Positions 26,801-38,236 are shown, counted from the stretch's first letter. The stretch: DNA of 64,000 nucleotides from Cenococcum geophilum (GCA_050273025.1 CP158635.1:10664001-10728000), one strand, 5' to 3'. The notes: generated by a model from the letters alone, not told the origin. A program made the numbers and translations.

Positions 26801-28637
26801 AAGAGTCTTAAATCTCGCTTATCTTATCTTAAAAATCTTACGCCTTTAGGAAACTTCGTTCTAAGCTTATTTATATATTACTAAACTAAGCTATTACTCT
26901 ACTTTATCGGTTATCGTCCGTTATAGGTCCTTAAGCATACCTTATCTCGTCTTAAGAATCTTAGTTATCTCTTATCTTATCTTAAAAATCTTAAGCCTTT
27001 GGCCTTTTGCCTTTATTAAGTAGTAAGCTAGCACTAGCAGTTATCTACTTACTTAATTATCTTTAAATATTACTCCTTTTATCTTATAAAGCGATGGATA
27101 TTATATCTAATGGTATTATAATACCCGTTACTAAACCTTGCTTTATAGCGGTCTCAGTCTCTACTTCTATTACATTATTAAGGTTTAAATACCCCTAGTT
27201 AGTTTCTTTTTCTTTTTCATCACTATTAATTAATAAGTACTTTAACTCTATTATTATTGTTGCTAATCTTTATCCGTATATTACTGTAATATCTTAATCT
27301 AGCTTATAGAGTCGATATTATTCTTTATCTAACTCTATAGTTCCTTTAAGTCCTCTTAACTCTAGCTCTTATGGCTAATAGCTTATACCATACTTAGCAT
27401 CTTTATAAATTTAGTATATATTATTATAATAAAACGTAAAACTTTTAATTAAATATTCCTTTATTCCTTGCAGTATACTATTATCCCTCTATATATATAT
27501 ATTATATGCTATTAGTCTAGTTCCCTTTACTATATAGTAACTTTAACTACTTCTATAGTCTTTAGTAAAATAATCCTATTTTTTATAATTTATATAAGCT
27601 CCGTCTTTAAACCATTACTTTTGCTATAAAGTCCGCTTAAACGTCTTCTGCTACTAAGATCCTTAATTTAGCCTATACTTCTTAGTCCTATAATTACTTA
27701 ATCCTTAACTTCTAGGTTTCTATAGTTATTTCCTCTACCTTTTATAAGTTTCTTTAGTACCACTTAGGTCTATTAGCTCTGCGCTATACTATAGTTACTA
27801 TTTTAGCTTTAGTTATTGCGTACTTTACGTCTTATATAACTATAGAACTCTATCCTAGCCTCTCTTAGCCTATTCCCTTTAGAAGATCCTATTATTAATC
27901 CTAATCGCTTAATCTATTAATTCCCTAAAGGTGTCTGCATCTTCTATTAGAATAATTACGTCCTAGACTTTAGCCTTAAGTCCCTATTTATACTATACTA
28001 TAAGCGCCTTATTGTTCTATTTAACCTACGTAGCTAACGTCTAAAACTATATTATATACTTAATTGCTAAGGTTTACTGCGTTAGGTCCTAAAGCTTCCT
28101 TTCTACTATTATTATTGCTTCTGGGTCCCTAAATATTTATATTAATTATTTCGCGAATCCACTCTAACTTATAAATATATATCGTACTTCCTAATTGGTA
28201 GTTATTATACTATTATCTTATATTTCTGTAAGATAGGGTTTAAACTATTTAAGCGCCCTTCCTATTAGGAATAATCCTGCGTATGCTACTTAATCTATAG
28301 GTATTGCTAATCTTACTCCTTTCTATATGACTTTAAAGTGTATTTATGTAAGGAATCCTTTAAGCTTTAATCTCTCTCCTAAGAATTGTTTAATTAAAGG
28401 TAACTTAACCTTAGCTACTCCTATTCTATTAACCCTATTTTTAAGTGCCGTGTTATTATCTGTTAACTAATTAACTATTACCTATAACTATCCGACTATA
28501 ACTAGTTGCGAGTTAATATCTACTATACTAGTGTCGTTACCTAACCCTAAGGTCGTTGCTGCCGTTAATAGCGTTGTTATGGCTGCTTTTAGTAGTATAT
28601 TATTCGACTTCTAATACTATAACTGTGGTAGTGATTA

Positions 28638-29057
28638 TATAACGAAGCCTTGTAGTAAGAACTACGGTAAACTCGTTAATAGGCTAGGTGTATAGGTAAT
28701 ATAGGAAGTTAACAACGTAATAATAACTAGTGGAGTGGTTACCTAATAGATTAACTCTAATTATATTCTAAGAATTACTATAAAGAAAGGAACTATCTAG
28801 GTAGGGACTAAGGTCCTTTAAATACACAAACTGCGCCTAAGAAAGTCCTTACTCCGTCTACTCTGTCTGCTCTATCTACTCTATTATAGATCCTATAGAT
28901 TATACAAATTATATAGATTATATTATGTGACCTTAGCTACTATTCTTCGTTATATGGTTCCACGGGTTCCATCCTAAACCGTACTTATATTAACCAACTA
29001 GCTTCTTCCGACTCCTTTCCTAGTAGTCGTAATATTGTACTTAAAGCGTCCGTAACA
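28638..29057 (-). repeat. Element B 5' LTR (420 bp)
   Basis: Repeat of 10395-10823, followed by TSD AAGAA. Confidence 0.95.
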
Positions 29058-30619
29058 AAGAATCTTAAACTTATAGCCTTTTGCCTTAATTAAGTGCCGA
29101 AGTAGTTTACTATTCTACTTTTCTTACGTCTTATAAAGTAATAGATATTATATCTAATAAAGTCTTAATCCCTATTGCTAATCCTTCTTCTATAATAGAT
29201 TTAACTTTTGCTTCTATTATAATATCTCTAAGGTCAATATACTCCTAGTAAGCTACCTTTATTACCCTATCGTCGCTAAATATTTCGCCTATATTAAATT
29301 TATTGTCCTTAATATCCGATCTATAAGATAGTTTATTAGTTCCTAAACTCTAATAATTTTAGCTCCTATAGCCAATAGCTTGCGCTATACTTAGCGTCTT
29401 TATAAATTTGGTATACGTTATTATAATAAAACGCAAAACTTTTAATTAAACACTCTTTTATTCCTTATAGTATACTATCGTTCCTCTATATATATATATT
29501 ATTTACTAGTCTAGTTCCCTTTACCGTATAGTTACTTTAACTATCCTTATAGTTTCTAGCGAAATAATCCTATTTTCCATAATTTATATAAGCTCCTTCT
29601 TTAAACCATTTTTCTTATTATAGAGTCCGCCTAAACGTTTTCTGCTGTTAAGATCCCTAGTTTAGCCTCTGCTTCTTAGACCTCTAATTACTTAATCCTT
29701 ATCCTTTAGGTTTCTATAGTCGTTTACTTCTATACTCTTTAGTATCGCTTAAGTCTATTAGCTTTAGTCCGCCATTCTATAGTTTCTAACTTAGTTAATG
29801 TATACTCTGCGCCTTATATAACTATAGAACTCTATCCTAACCTTTCTTAGCCTACTCCCTTTAGTAGATCCTATTATCAATTTTAATTACTTAATTAATT
29901 AATTCCCTTAGGGTATCCATATCTTCTATTAAGATAATTACGTCCTAGACTTTCGCTTTAAGTCCTTATTTATACTATACTATAAGCGCCCTATTATTCC
30001 ACTTAACCTATATAGCTAGTGTTTAAAACTATATTATATACTTAATTACTAAGGTTTATTATACTAGGTTTTAAAGCCTTTTTTCTACTATAATAGTTGC
30101 TTCTAAGTCCCTAAATATCTGTATAAGTTATTCTATAAATTCTCCCTAACTTAAGAACATAAACTTAACCTTTAGATTTATAGTTATGCTTCCGTTCTCC
30201 TATATCTTAGTAAGGTAAAGTTTAAACTACTTAAGTGCTCTTTCTATTAGAAACAATCCTGCGTAGACTACTTAGTCTATTAGTATAGCAAGCTTTATAC
30301 CCTCCTATATTACCTTAAAATGCATTTATACCAAAAACCCTTTAAACTTTAACTTCTTCCCTAAGAATCGCTTGACTAATAGTAACTTAACCTTTACTAC
30401 TCCGATACTATTAATTCGTTCTTTAAGTATTTAATTATTATCTATTAATTAATTAACTCTCTCTTATAGTTAACCTATTGTAACTAGCTACGAATCTGTA
30501 TCCTATATATTAGTATCTCCACTTATCCCTAAAGTGGTTGCTGCCGTTAATAGCGTTATAACTAGTGCTTTTAGTAGCATATTGTTTAACTTATTAATAC
30601 TATAACTAGGTAGTAAATA

Positions 30620-31043
30620 TATAATAAAGCCTTGTAGTAATAACTACGGTGGACTTATTAATAAGCTAGGTATATAAATAACAACGAGGTTAACAATGTA
30701 ATAATAACTAGTAGAGTGGTTGCCTAATAGATTAACTCTAATTATATTCTAAGATTTACTATAAAGAAGAGAACTATCTAGGTAGGGACTGTAGTCCTTT
30801 AAATATATAATACTGCGCCTAAGAAATACTTGGGTATGTTAGTATATTAAGTAATCTAAGTATATAACGTTTTAACAGATCTTATAAATTCTACGTTCCA
30901 AACTTGTAACGTAACTGACTATATAACTTAGCTACCCTTTATCCTATAGCTCGATTGGTTCTAGCGCCTCCTATACTATCTTAACTAACCCGTTTATATC
31001 TCTTCTTAGTACTCGTACTACTGCTGATATAAGGTTTATAATA
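30620..31043 (-). repeat. Element A 5' LTR
   Basis: Adjacent to the gag start of A; reverse complement aligns with the LTR of C (37817-38236). Confidence 0.88.
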
Positions 31044-31531
31044 AAGGGTATAACCTAGACCCTACTTAGTACCCTATATAGAACTTTATAGGTAGTCTCT
31101 ATAAATATTAAAAGTTTTATAGCCGTTACTTTAATAAACCTAGGCCCCTAAAGTACCTTAATAAGTAGATAAAGTGCTAGAATAGCAAAGATAATAAGCT
31201 ACCTATTAAGCATAAAGATAAGAATACCCTATAGATATAAAATGGATATATAAAGCCTAAGGGCAGGCTTTTTTAGAGGGGGGGGTAATGTTACGGCGCT
31301 GGTGGAAACTGGTGGATATCGGTAGATTATAGTAGACAATCGTAGACAGTTTTAAACAGTTTTAGATAATTGCCGTCACGTAACCAGAGGATTGTATATA
31401 ATGTTAAGTAGCGCCGCCCTCCGTTTCCTTTCCTTTCTCTAGCTTTAAATTCTCGTTTATAGACTACTAATCGTATAGGCTTGCGCGTCCCTCTTGCTGT
31501 ACTCGTGCCTTGATTAACTAAGTCGCTAATA
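31044..31531 (+). mobile_element. 3' end of a different chromovirus (element F): chromodomain tail, PPT and 3' LTR (31289-31531)
   Basis: KGY(D)LDPT(W)YP..NF...KP(G)P(P)KYL chromodomain C-half; PPT agaggggggggtaa 31275-31288; LTR TGTTAC...GCTAA(C)A. Element A is inserted into it. Confidence 0.8.
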
Positions 31532-32041
31532 CTAGGGCTACTAAAGAATAATTATAAGTGGATTAATTACTTAATAGAGACCTATATTTTTGCTATTAGC
31601 GCCTAGCTATACTCTTTATTTATAACTACTTTACTTTACGGCCCTATTATAAAGCTAGTTACTTTATAGAACCGCTTTAAATAGTCTATCTATAATAATC
31701 TACTTTACTTTCTAGCCTACCAACCTAATACTCCTCCTACTATTACTAAGGACGATAGCGCCTATCTTAATTACGGCCTATACTTTATCTATTAGATACT
31801 TATAGATTAGTAGAAAACGCTTATAGACTATAGCTTACCCTAGTTCTAGTACTAGTAGGGTATTATTATAAAAGGAAGTAACCTACTTCTTATAGTAGAG
31901 CTACTGCAATATAACCCTATAAAGGAAGGACGCTAGTTTATTAAGCTATACTAGTGGCCAAATACGGATTAAGTAGCGTGCTTTAGTACTATTATTGCCG
32001 CTATAAATACGGATCTATAGACGGCCCGCTTCTTCCTTTAG
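31532..32041 (+). mobile_element. Helitron RepHel fragment (linker region up to the start of the Pif1 helicase), RIP-degraded
   Basis: Reads LGLL(E)(D)(D).(E)WI..L.E...FA.(G)A(Q)L(R)SLF...L(W).RF...I(C)(D)(D)L...(D)YGLY...KTL.DY(G)LP...NTD(Q)VACFSTII...RFFL(Q); stops just before Walker A. Confidence 0.8.
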
Positions 32042-32491
32042 TCGCTGATTGGCTTACCCTTACATTATACCTGCCCAAATTGGGTTAGAGAATTGGAGCT
32101 CCAAGAGCTCCACGGCTTCAAATCCGCTCCATCCAGCCAATCAAATCGACAGGATCCAGTCCAACCAAACTATAGCTCCACCATGGAGATCCAAGATTAA
32201 CCCAGTCTAAAAAGATCACTGCTTCTAAGCTCTATTGGTGGGACCTGCCCTGCGTACTAAACCGCGGTTAGCCTATAGAGTATTATAGGCTTAATCGCGT
32301 ACGATCCCCCTTAACTCCTGCTAGAAAGCCTTTAGATAGTAATCAAATCACCATCGGGTCGCCTTTGGGGCAGAGCTGCACCACTACACTGCTGATCGTA
32401 TGCAGGTATACCAATCGCCTTAGGAGATAATCGCGTACGATCCGGATAGCCCTAGGCTCGCAGCTGGATAGCCACCGTCTCCATTCTTCTT

Positions 32492-32700
32492 GATCCGTAT
32501 CTATCCAACCGTTATATACGGATGCGATCTGCCAGACGTCTGCTGGTGTAGCTGCTCTGCAGCATACGCGGTTGTCCTAGGTAAGGTAGAGGACCTAATC
32601 CGTATTCCAATGAACCTTTGTATGCGGATGCGATCTGCCAGGTATCCGCTGGTGTGCCCGCTCCGCAGTATACGCGATCGTCCTAGGTAAAAGTGGATGA
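32492..32700. repeat. Two-copy imperfect tandem repeat, unit ~106 bp
   Basis: atccgtat...cggatgcgatctgccag...gctggtgt...atacgcg...gtcctaggtaa occurs at ~32493-32584 and ~32598-32690. Confidence 0.8.
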
Positions 32701-33147
32701 TCGGAGCCTTCGGCTCGCCGCCGACTACCACCCACAAGGGTGTAAGATCGAACGTAAGGCATATTGCCCAGGTGTACGGTAGGGAGCAGGCAAGCCGAGC
32801 ACGAGTCACAGGAGAGTCGGTGGAAGAGGACGATATGGTAAAGAGTAGGTATGGTAATACCCCAGTACAGAGACGAACCGATGAGGAGGACAGGAGGGCC
32901 GCAAGCCCGAGTAAGGGATAAAAGATCCCTTACAATTAACGGTTAACAGCGTTCCAAAACCGTTAGCCAACGATAGCAAAAATTCACATAACAGCCTTAG
33001 AAATCACTTAGAACTATAATAAGATCAGCTAGAAAGGAACGACTCATGTTGGCCTAAGAATTGCTAATAGCTACAGCTGTTATTGCTCGATTGATTCTGT
33101 CTCAACAAATGAAAGCTACAGCCCGTTAAGGAGCCTGAAAAGACGTT

Positions 33148-34149
33148 TCAATGAAGATTTGGTGCTGGAAACTCTCTAGTCAGGTCATTAACGCTAACAT
33201 ATCGGGACAGCCCAATCCAACCCCACCTGAACCAAAGCATTTGGCTCACGTGCCCGTCAGTCATGGCCTTCTGTGCTCGTCTGTACCCGGATCCATTGCT
33301 TAGAAAGATTAATTTTTCTGGATTTGGATCGCTGCGATGAACTCCTGACCTTTTCAACGAGGATAACAAGACGGAGAGAGGAGCATCAAACAGAGATATG
33401 TATTTTCGTACTATGTTTGTTGTAGTGAGAGAGTAAATCGATACCGCGGCTCCAGAAGGGTCGACCTTGCGTACCCAGTGAAGCGCGCCGTAGTACAGCG
33501 AGATGTGGTTGGCATGCGAAGATATTCCTTGGTTGTCGAACGTAATGAGAACGTCGATGTCAATGTCGGAGGAACTAAGGGTTTGGCTCCCGGAAACTTT
33601 CTGCTTATTCTTCACGGAATAAGAAACAAAATTTTGGGATAATACATTGGCGATGTCATCGGCAGCCCAGGTTGTAGTCATGGCGTCTGGGAAATGGTCT
33701 GTGTCCTCAATAACGTCAACATCATTTGGAGAGCGAAGACCCAAGATGGCAGCAGATTTAATCAGTTCACTTTTTCGCGTTTCGCGGAGACTCTCGTCTT
33801 CGCCTGCTCTGCGTCAGATGTCGTGATCTAGCTAAAAAACCACGCGGCATTCCGAGTACTCATTTGACGTACCGCTGCATAAGCATAGTATCTTGACGTG
33901 ATTCCTCAGTGAGGGTTGGGTTAAAGCTAACACTGTAGGCGAGAAAAACATTGCTTCATCATCCGGATGTGCGATCAAGAGAACTATGCGCTTGTCGTGA
34001 AGAGTTGGGAAGTAAGCGCGAACGAAATAGGCCAAGCTGAACCATCCTGCAAAGAAGGAGAGTGGAAGAACGAAGAAGAAGAAGAAGCCCATTGCTATAG
34101 GTAGTGCGTGGTTGCTGTTAGTGTTGCGAGCCCGCTGCAGCTCGGTCAT
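33148..34149 (-). CDS. GPI12: N-acetylglucosaminyl-phosphatidylinositol de-N-acetylase (GPI12/PIG-L). Exons 34149-33873 and 33803-33148 (310 aa; 291 aa if the start is ATG 34092)
   Basis: N-terminal TM segment; IAHPDDEAMFFSPT; ITFDNQGISSHANH; HVSQMLWFRWGWIGLSRY. A 69-nt GT..CTGAC..CAG intron (33872-33804) joins the two ORF-track ORFs in frame. Confidence 0.93.
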
Positions 34150-34761
34150 TATATACAGACCTGGGGTGCTGCTGTATTGTGAGGTGGGAATGGGTGGCGC
34201 GGCTTGGGGTGGGGTCCGCACAAGGCTGAAAACCGCTAACCTCCGTTGGGGGGGTTCCGAGCGGTTACTGAGAGCCAACCGTCGCCATCCATCACATCCC
34301 CCTTTGATCTATCCTGCAATCTCTCACACGAGCGCCGCTCGGCGCGTCGCTTTGTCACCAAATGCAGCCATGGCTTTCCACAGAATCGTTCCATCATTCG
34401 CTGAAGATAACCACCACCTAAATCTTAAAACAGCAGTGCCTTTCAGACCTTGCACAAAGTTGCCCTGTTTGTATGGAGGGAATGCGTGTTTCTATATACA
34501 GTATGCATGCCTTCCTTCTCTAGCTTTTCGTGTCCCGGCTTTGGCAGCCTCTTTACCTGATACTTTCACAATATAGCCCCTGCTGTCAATTTAGTGTTTC
34601 TGTTGGAGGTGGGGTGGAGCAATGGCTGTTCGAGATATTTCATCGCTCCTTCGCTATATGCTGCATACCTCGCATTATAATTATGCGTATATTTTGTGTC
34701 TGCCTCTATTTCTCTCTTTGATCTAGTTCTCATACCATTCTCTGCTGTTTGAAGACTCTTA
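34150..34761. promoter_or_regulatory. Divergent intergenic region, probable shared promoter
   Basis: ~610 bp between head-to-head start codons; pyrimidine-rich tracts upstream of 34762. No specific sites identified. Confidence 0.4.
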
Positions 34762-35964
34762 ATGCATTTGCAGCCAAACACAACCTTGGACGGATGGCAG
34801 AATGGAGGTACGGACCGTTCATCGTGGAACATCCTCTGGAGTTGCCTTGCCACAATAATATCCTGTACTTGGACGGTTCTTCACCTCAACGTTCCGCGTC
34901 GCGGCTCAACCGAGAATGAGAATATCTTACGCAAACTGCGCTGGCTAGTTCTAACTGCGCTGGCACCAGAGTTGATTACATCTTACGCATTCGGGGAATA
35001 TCTACAAGCTCGGCGCTTGCTATCTGAGCTCAAAGAAGTTGGCGTCGCAGAGCAGGAGTGGAACCTATCCCATGCCTTCTACTTGAGCATGGGATCACTG
35101 AACCTCCGAACGGCAGACGGATACGAGTTTCCCCTCTGCAAACGCGAGAAAACCGAAGGTGGATGGGAAGTGCCATCTTGCAACTCCGATATCGTAGTTC
35201 TTCGAGCCAGCAAGGTGCTGCCAACATCATATCCGATCATTACGAAGGAAGAGATTCAAGACCGCAGCAAGGCCGACCCATTCACCAAGGCCTTCACACT
35301 TATACAAAGCACCTGGTTCGTTGTCAACGCCGTTGCACGCAGCATTACAGGTTTGCCTATTTGCCCTTTAGAGATTAGCTGCATAGCATATGTGTTCTGC
35401 ACATGCGTCACATATGGTTTCTGGTGGAAGAAACCCAAAGATATTTTAACAACTCTCGTTGTTCCTTGCCATTTCAACATAACTGGACTGCCAACGGACA
35501 TCCAACAGTCTATTAGAAGCTTTGATCCGGTAAATCGGGTACAATGCCATCAAGCCTGGAGCCGGCTGGACCTTCCGGACACGGAAAAAGATGTCATCAA
35601 TGTCATTCGCGGCCGTATGCCCGCATTGATGGGCCTGATAATCGGTGTCACGTTTTGCTCTATACACATCGCGGCTTGGAACTTTGAGTTTCCCAGTAGA
35701 GCTGAGGCAATCTTATGGCGGCTTTCAAGTGTTGGTGCCGCCGGGATTCCGATACTTTCCTTAAGCATCGTTTTCATTCGGGGTCTTTCACCTGCTACTT
35801 TTGACAGCCTTTGGGCTTATGTGCTCACGTTGTATTGTATGTTTATCATCTTATATGCAAGTGCGAGGCTCGCCGTGATCGCATTGCTTTTCTCTACTTT
35901 AAGGAATTTACCGGTTGGATCTTTCGTTACTATTAATTGGGCGAGGCAAGTACCACATATGTAG
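34762..35964 (+). CDS. Uncharacterised fungal multi-pass membrane protein (400 aa, single exon)
   Basis: Intact ORF with several hydrophobic helices and motifs of a widespread fungal family of unknown function: ILWSCLATIISCTWTVLHLNVP, APEL, HAFYLSMG, IQDRSKADPF, WWKKPKD, HIAAWNFEFPS, YASARL, W..QVPH. Confidence 0.9.
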   Translation: MHLQPNTTLDGWQNGGTDRSSWNILWSCLATIISCTWTVLHLNVPRRGSTENENILRKLRWLVLTALAPELITSYAFGEYLQARRLLSELKEVGVAEQEWNLSHAFYLSMGSLNLRTADGYEFPLCKREKTEGGWEVPSCNSDIVVLRASKVLPTSYPIITKEEIQDRSKADPFTKAFTLIQSTWFVVNAVARSITGLPICPLEISCIAYVFCTCVTYGFWWKKPKDILTTLVVPCHFNITGLPTDIQQSIRSFDPVNRVQCHQAWSRLDLPDTEKDVINVIRGRMPALMGLIIGVTFCSIHIAAWNFEFPSRAEAILWRLSSVGAAGIPILSLSIVFIRGLSPATFDSLWAYVLTLYCMFIILYASARLAVIALLFSTLRNLPVGSFVTINWARQVPHM

Positions 35965-36480
35965 CTTTAGTAAAATGAGGATGGAACGCCTGCGTCCATC
36001 TGGAGCGGTCCGTGCGGAACACCGAGCTCAAAAATACGCGTATATTGTATATAGATTCAAGCAATAGATTATTATCAACCATGCTTTCCAAACGTACTTC
36101 CAATGATATAGATCTTGTTAAACGGACTCAATATTAAGTAAATCCAAATTGCAAAACAAAAGAACACACCCCCCCAAGAGCTATGACCTCTACCTTATTT
36201 TAACCCCCTTTATATTAACAATTTTAATAATTATGGCAAGCTAAATCTACTCTTGGGCGTTAAGCAGAGCAATCCTTTTATAATATTTAATTAATTCTTT
36301 ACGTACAAGGTTATAGAATTGCAGCAAGAGGAAGGAATAATTACTATAGGCGTAAGTATAACAGCTAGCCTATAAGGACAAATTATATAGGTATTTAGGT
36401 ATACTTATTTACATAGGGCTTATATATAAATCTACTATTAAGAATTACTAGGGCTCTTTAGAGATAACTAGCTTAGAGTA

Positions 36481-37125
36481 TTTTTTATTTTTTATTATTT
36501 TTTTTAGGTCCATTGTATTATACTACGTATAATACTATGCATGCAGCCCTAGGCCATGGCGCTATAGTCCTATATATATAAATCCTTTCTAGGCAGCTTA
36601 ATATGTACTAGTAGCTATGTCCTAGTAGTTTATAAACCCCTAAACTAGGGATTTATAGTTCCTTAGTAAAATACTAAGTTACTATAACTACTAGGGAATA
36701 AGAAAACGGTAGGAAAAACCAAAAGAAATCCTAACATCTGTCCCTATCCTTTTGCAATTTATTTCTATTCTTTTACTCTCTACTATCCTTTTAAGAGCCT
36801 AGTAGAAGTTGCCTCCTTCTAGAATCCTATTTATTTTATTCTTCCATAGAATCTTCTGCGCTAGTACTATCTACTAGCTTAGCTGCTTTAAAAATCTCGC
36901 AATCTTTACTATTAGCAAAGTGTTTTTCTTTACAATTAATGCAAAGAGGGGTAGTGTGCTTGCAAGGCTTTCCTATTATTATACAGGTAGGACAGGCATG
37001 GTCTTTAGATAGATATATAGCCGCATAATATCTACAGGCCCTAGTAGAGCATCTGTCTCCTATATAGCCAAATTTTTGGCAGCTAGTGTACTGCGTAATA
37101 AGAGAGACATTGTAAGCTTTTGTAG
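36481..37125 (-). mobile_element. LINE derivative: ORF1 C-terminus joined directly to the LINE 3' end; 5' part displaced by Copia-2
   Basis: A-rich tail at 36481-36506; 36507-36828 is homologous to 39996-40350; minus-strand ORF Q(C)TSCQKFG(H)...C...CPTC...CINCKEKHFANSKDC ends at stop 36836-36838. Confidence 0.82.
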
Positions 37126-37816
37126 TGTGGGAAATGAATAAGCGACTTAATTGTAAATGTAGCTCTAGAGTATCTATATATACACAAACAAAGGTAGGTC
37201 ACTAGTACCCCTTAATCTTATCCTCAATATAGCCGTAATTAACACTTTAAGCTAATTAAAGCCGACTGTAACTATTACGGCCCACAGTACGTGATATAGC
37301 AGTGTTTTTAACGTAGTACTAGTAGTTAGTTACACACCCCCCTAGATTTAACGGTGTAGTTAAAGATATAGAAAATAAATAAAGGTAGAGACTATACTAA
37401 AATAGGAAATGTAGATATAATTTAGGAGTAGTAAAAGGATAGGGTGACCGTAACGGATATTATAAATAAAATTAATTGATTTAATATTAAATATCTACTA
37501 AATTCAATTGCTTTATCTAAGCCTTATACTTTTAATGGGGTAGGACCTTAGTAAGGCCGTTAGTAGGCATCTTATCTATTAGGACCTATTGGACGTTAAT
37601 CCCCTTATCTTAGACTTCCTATCTAAGCTAGTGCTGATATTCGTCAATATATTAAAGCTTGATATCCAGTTTTAGTGTATCCTATCTTAGCAGGCGGATA
37701 GTCTGCATATTATCGCATAGTAGGGTAAATTCGCGCTCTATATTAAAGCTAATTGCCTTAAAGAATCGTTACTACTAGATAATTTTAATAGTAGTAGTAG
37801 ATAGGGAGAGAAGCTC
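37126..37816 (-). mobile_element. Copia-2 3' end: RNase H, PPT and 3' LTR (~37126-37334); interrupted by element C
   Basis: Minus strand LCDNMQTIRLL...KL*(H)I(D)...KMP(A)(D)GLTKVLP; PPT ggggggtg at 37335-37342. Left LTR edge is inferred. Confidence 0.85.
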
Positions 37817-38236
37817 TATTACGGACCTTATATCGGCAGTAGTATAACTACTAAGAAGAGATATAAACGGGTTAGTTAAGACAGCACGGGAGGTACTAGA
37901 ACTAGTTAAGCTATGGGATAAGGGGTAGCCGAGTTACGTAGTTAGTTACGTTACAAGTTCGGAACGTAGGAACGTGGGAACGTGGGAACGCGACGTACCG
38001 ACGTACTAACGTACCGACATACTCAGTATATTTCTTAGGCGCAGTATTATATATTTAAAGGACTATAGTCCCTACCTAGATAGTTCTCTTCTTTGTAGTA
38101 AATCTTAGAATATAATTAAAGTTAATCTATTAGGCAACTACTCTACCGGTTATATTTATATTATTAACTATTTTATACCTATATACCCAGCCCATTAATA
38201 AGTCTACCGTAGTATTTCCTATAAGGCTTTATTATA
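37817..38236 (+). repeat. Element C 5' LTR
   Basis: T(G)TTACGG...TTA(C)A; TATA-like tatatatttaaa ~38048; internal ggaacgtgg and acgtaccg repeats. Confidence 0.88.

Larger units (their letters stand above)
10395..29057 (-). mobile_element. Chromovirus element B (~8.0 kb own sequence), same family as A/C/E; inserted in A and interrupted by element D
   Basis: LTRs 10395-10823 and 28638-29057; TSD AAGAA at 10390-10394 and 29058-29062; PPT complement ccatctccctcctcttt at 10824-10840; gag, PR, RT, RH, IN and chromodomain remnants on the minus strand. Confidence 0.96.
1..31043 (-). mobile_element. Chromovirus (Ty3/Gypsy) element A, RIP-degraded. Own sequence 1-229, 6109-10394 and 29063-31043; interrupted by Copia-1 and element B; 3' end lies left of the window
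   Basis: Minus-strand remnants: chromodomain ~1-180, integrase ~6200-7200, RNase H ~7400-7750, RT VYL(D)(D)II ~8135-8155, protease ALIDS(G) ~9095-9115, gag ~29540-30580. 5' LTR at 30620-31043. Colinear with copies B, C and E. Confidence 0.92.

Noticed and set aside
32490..32921. Three short overlapping ORFs
   Set aside because: No recognisable motifs; they cross a tandem repeat whose unit shifts the frame.
33832..34278. 148-aa ORF as a separate protein
   Set aside because: It is GPI12 exon 1 extended from a non-ATG start and read into the intron.
34112..35777. Antisense and alternate-frame ORFs overlapping the two genes
   Set aside because: Shadow ORFs of GC-balanced coding and promoter DNA with no motifs.
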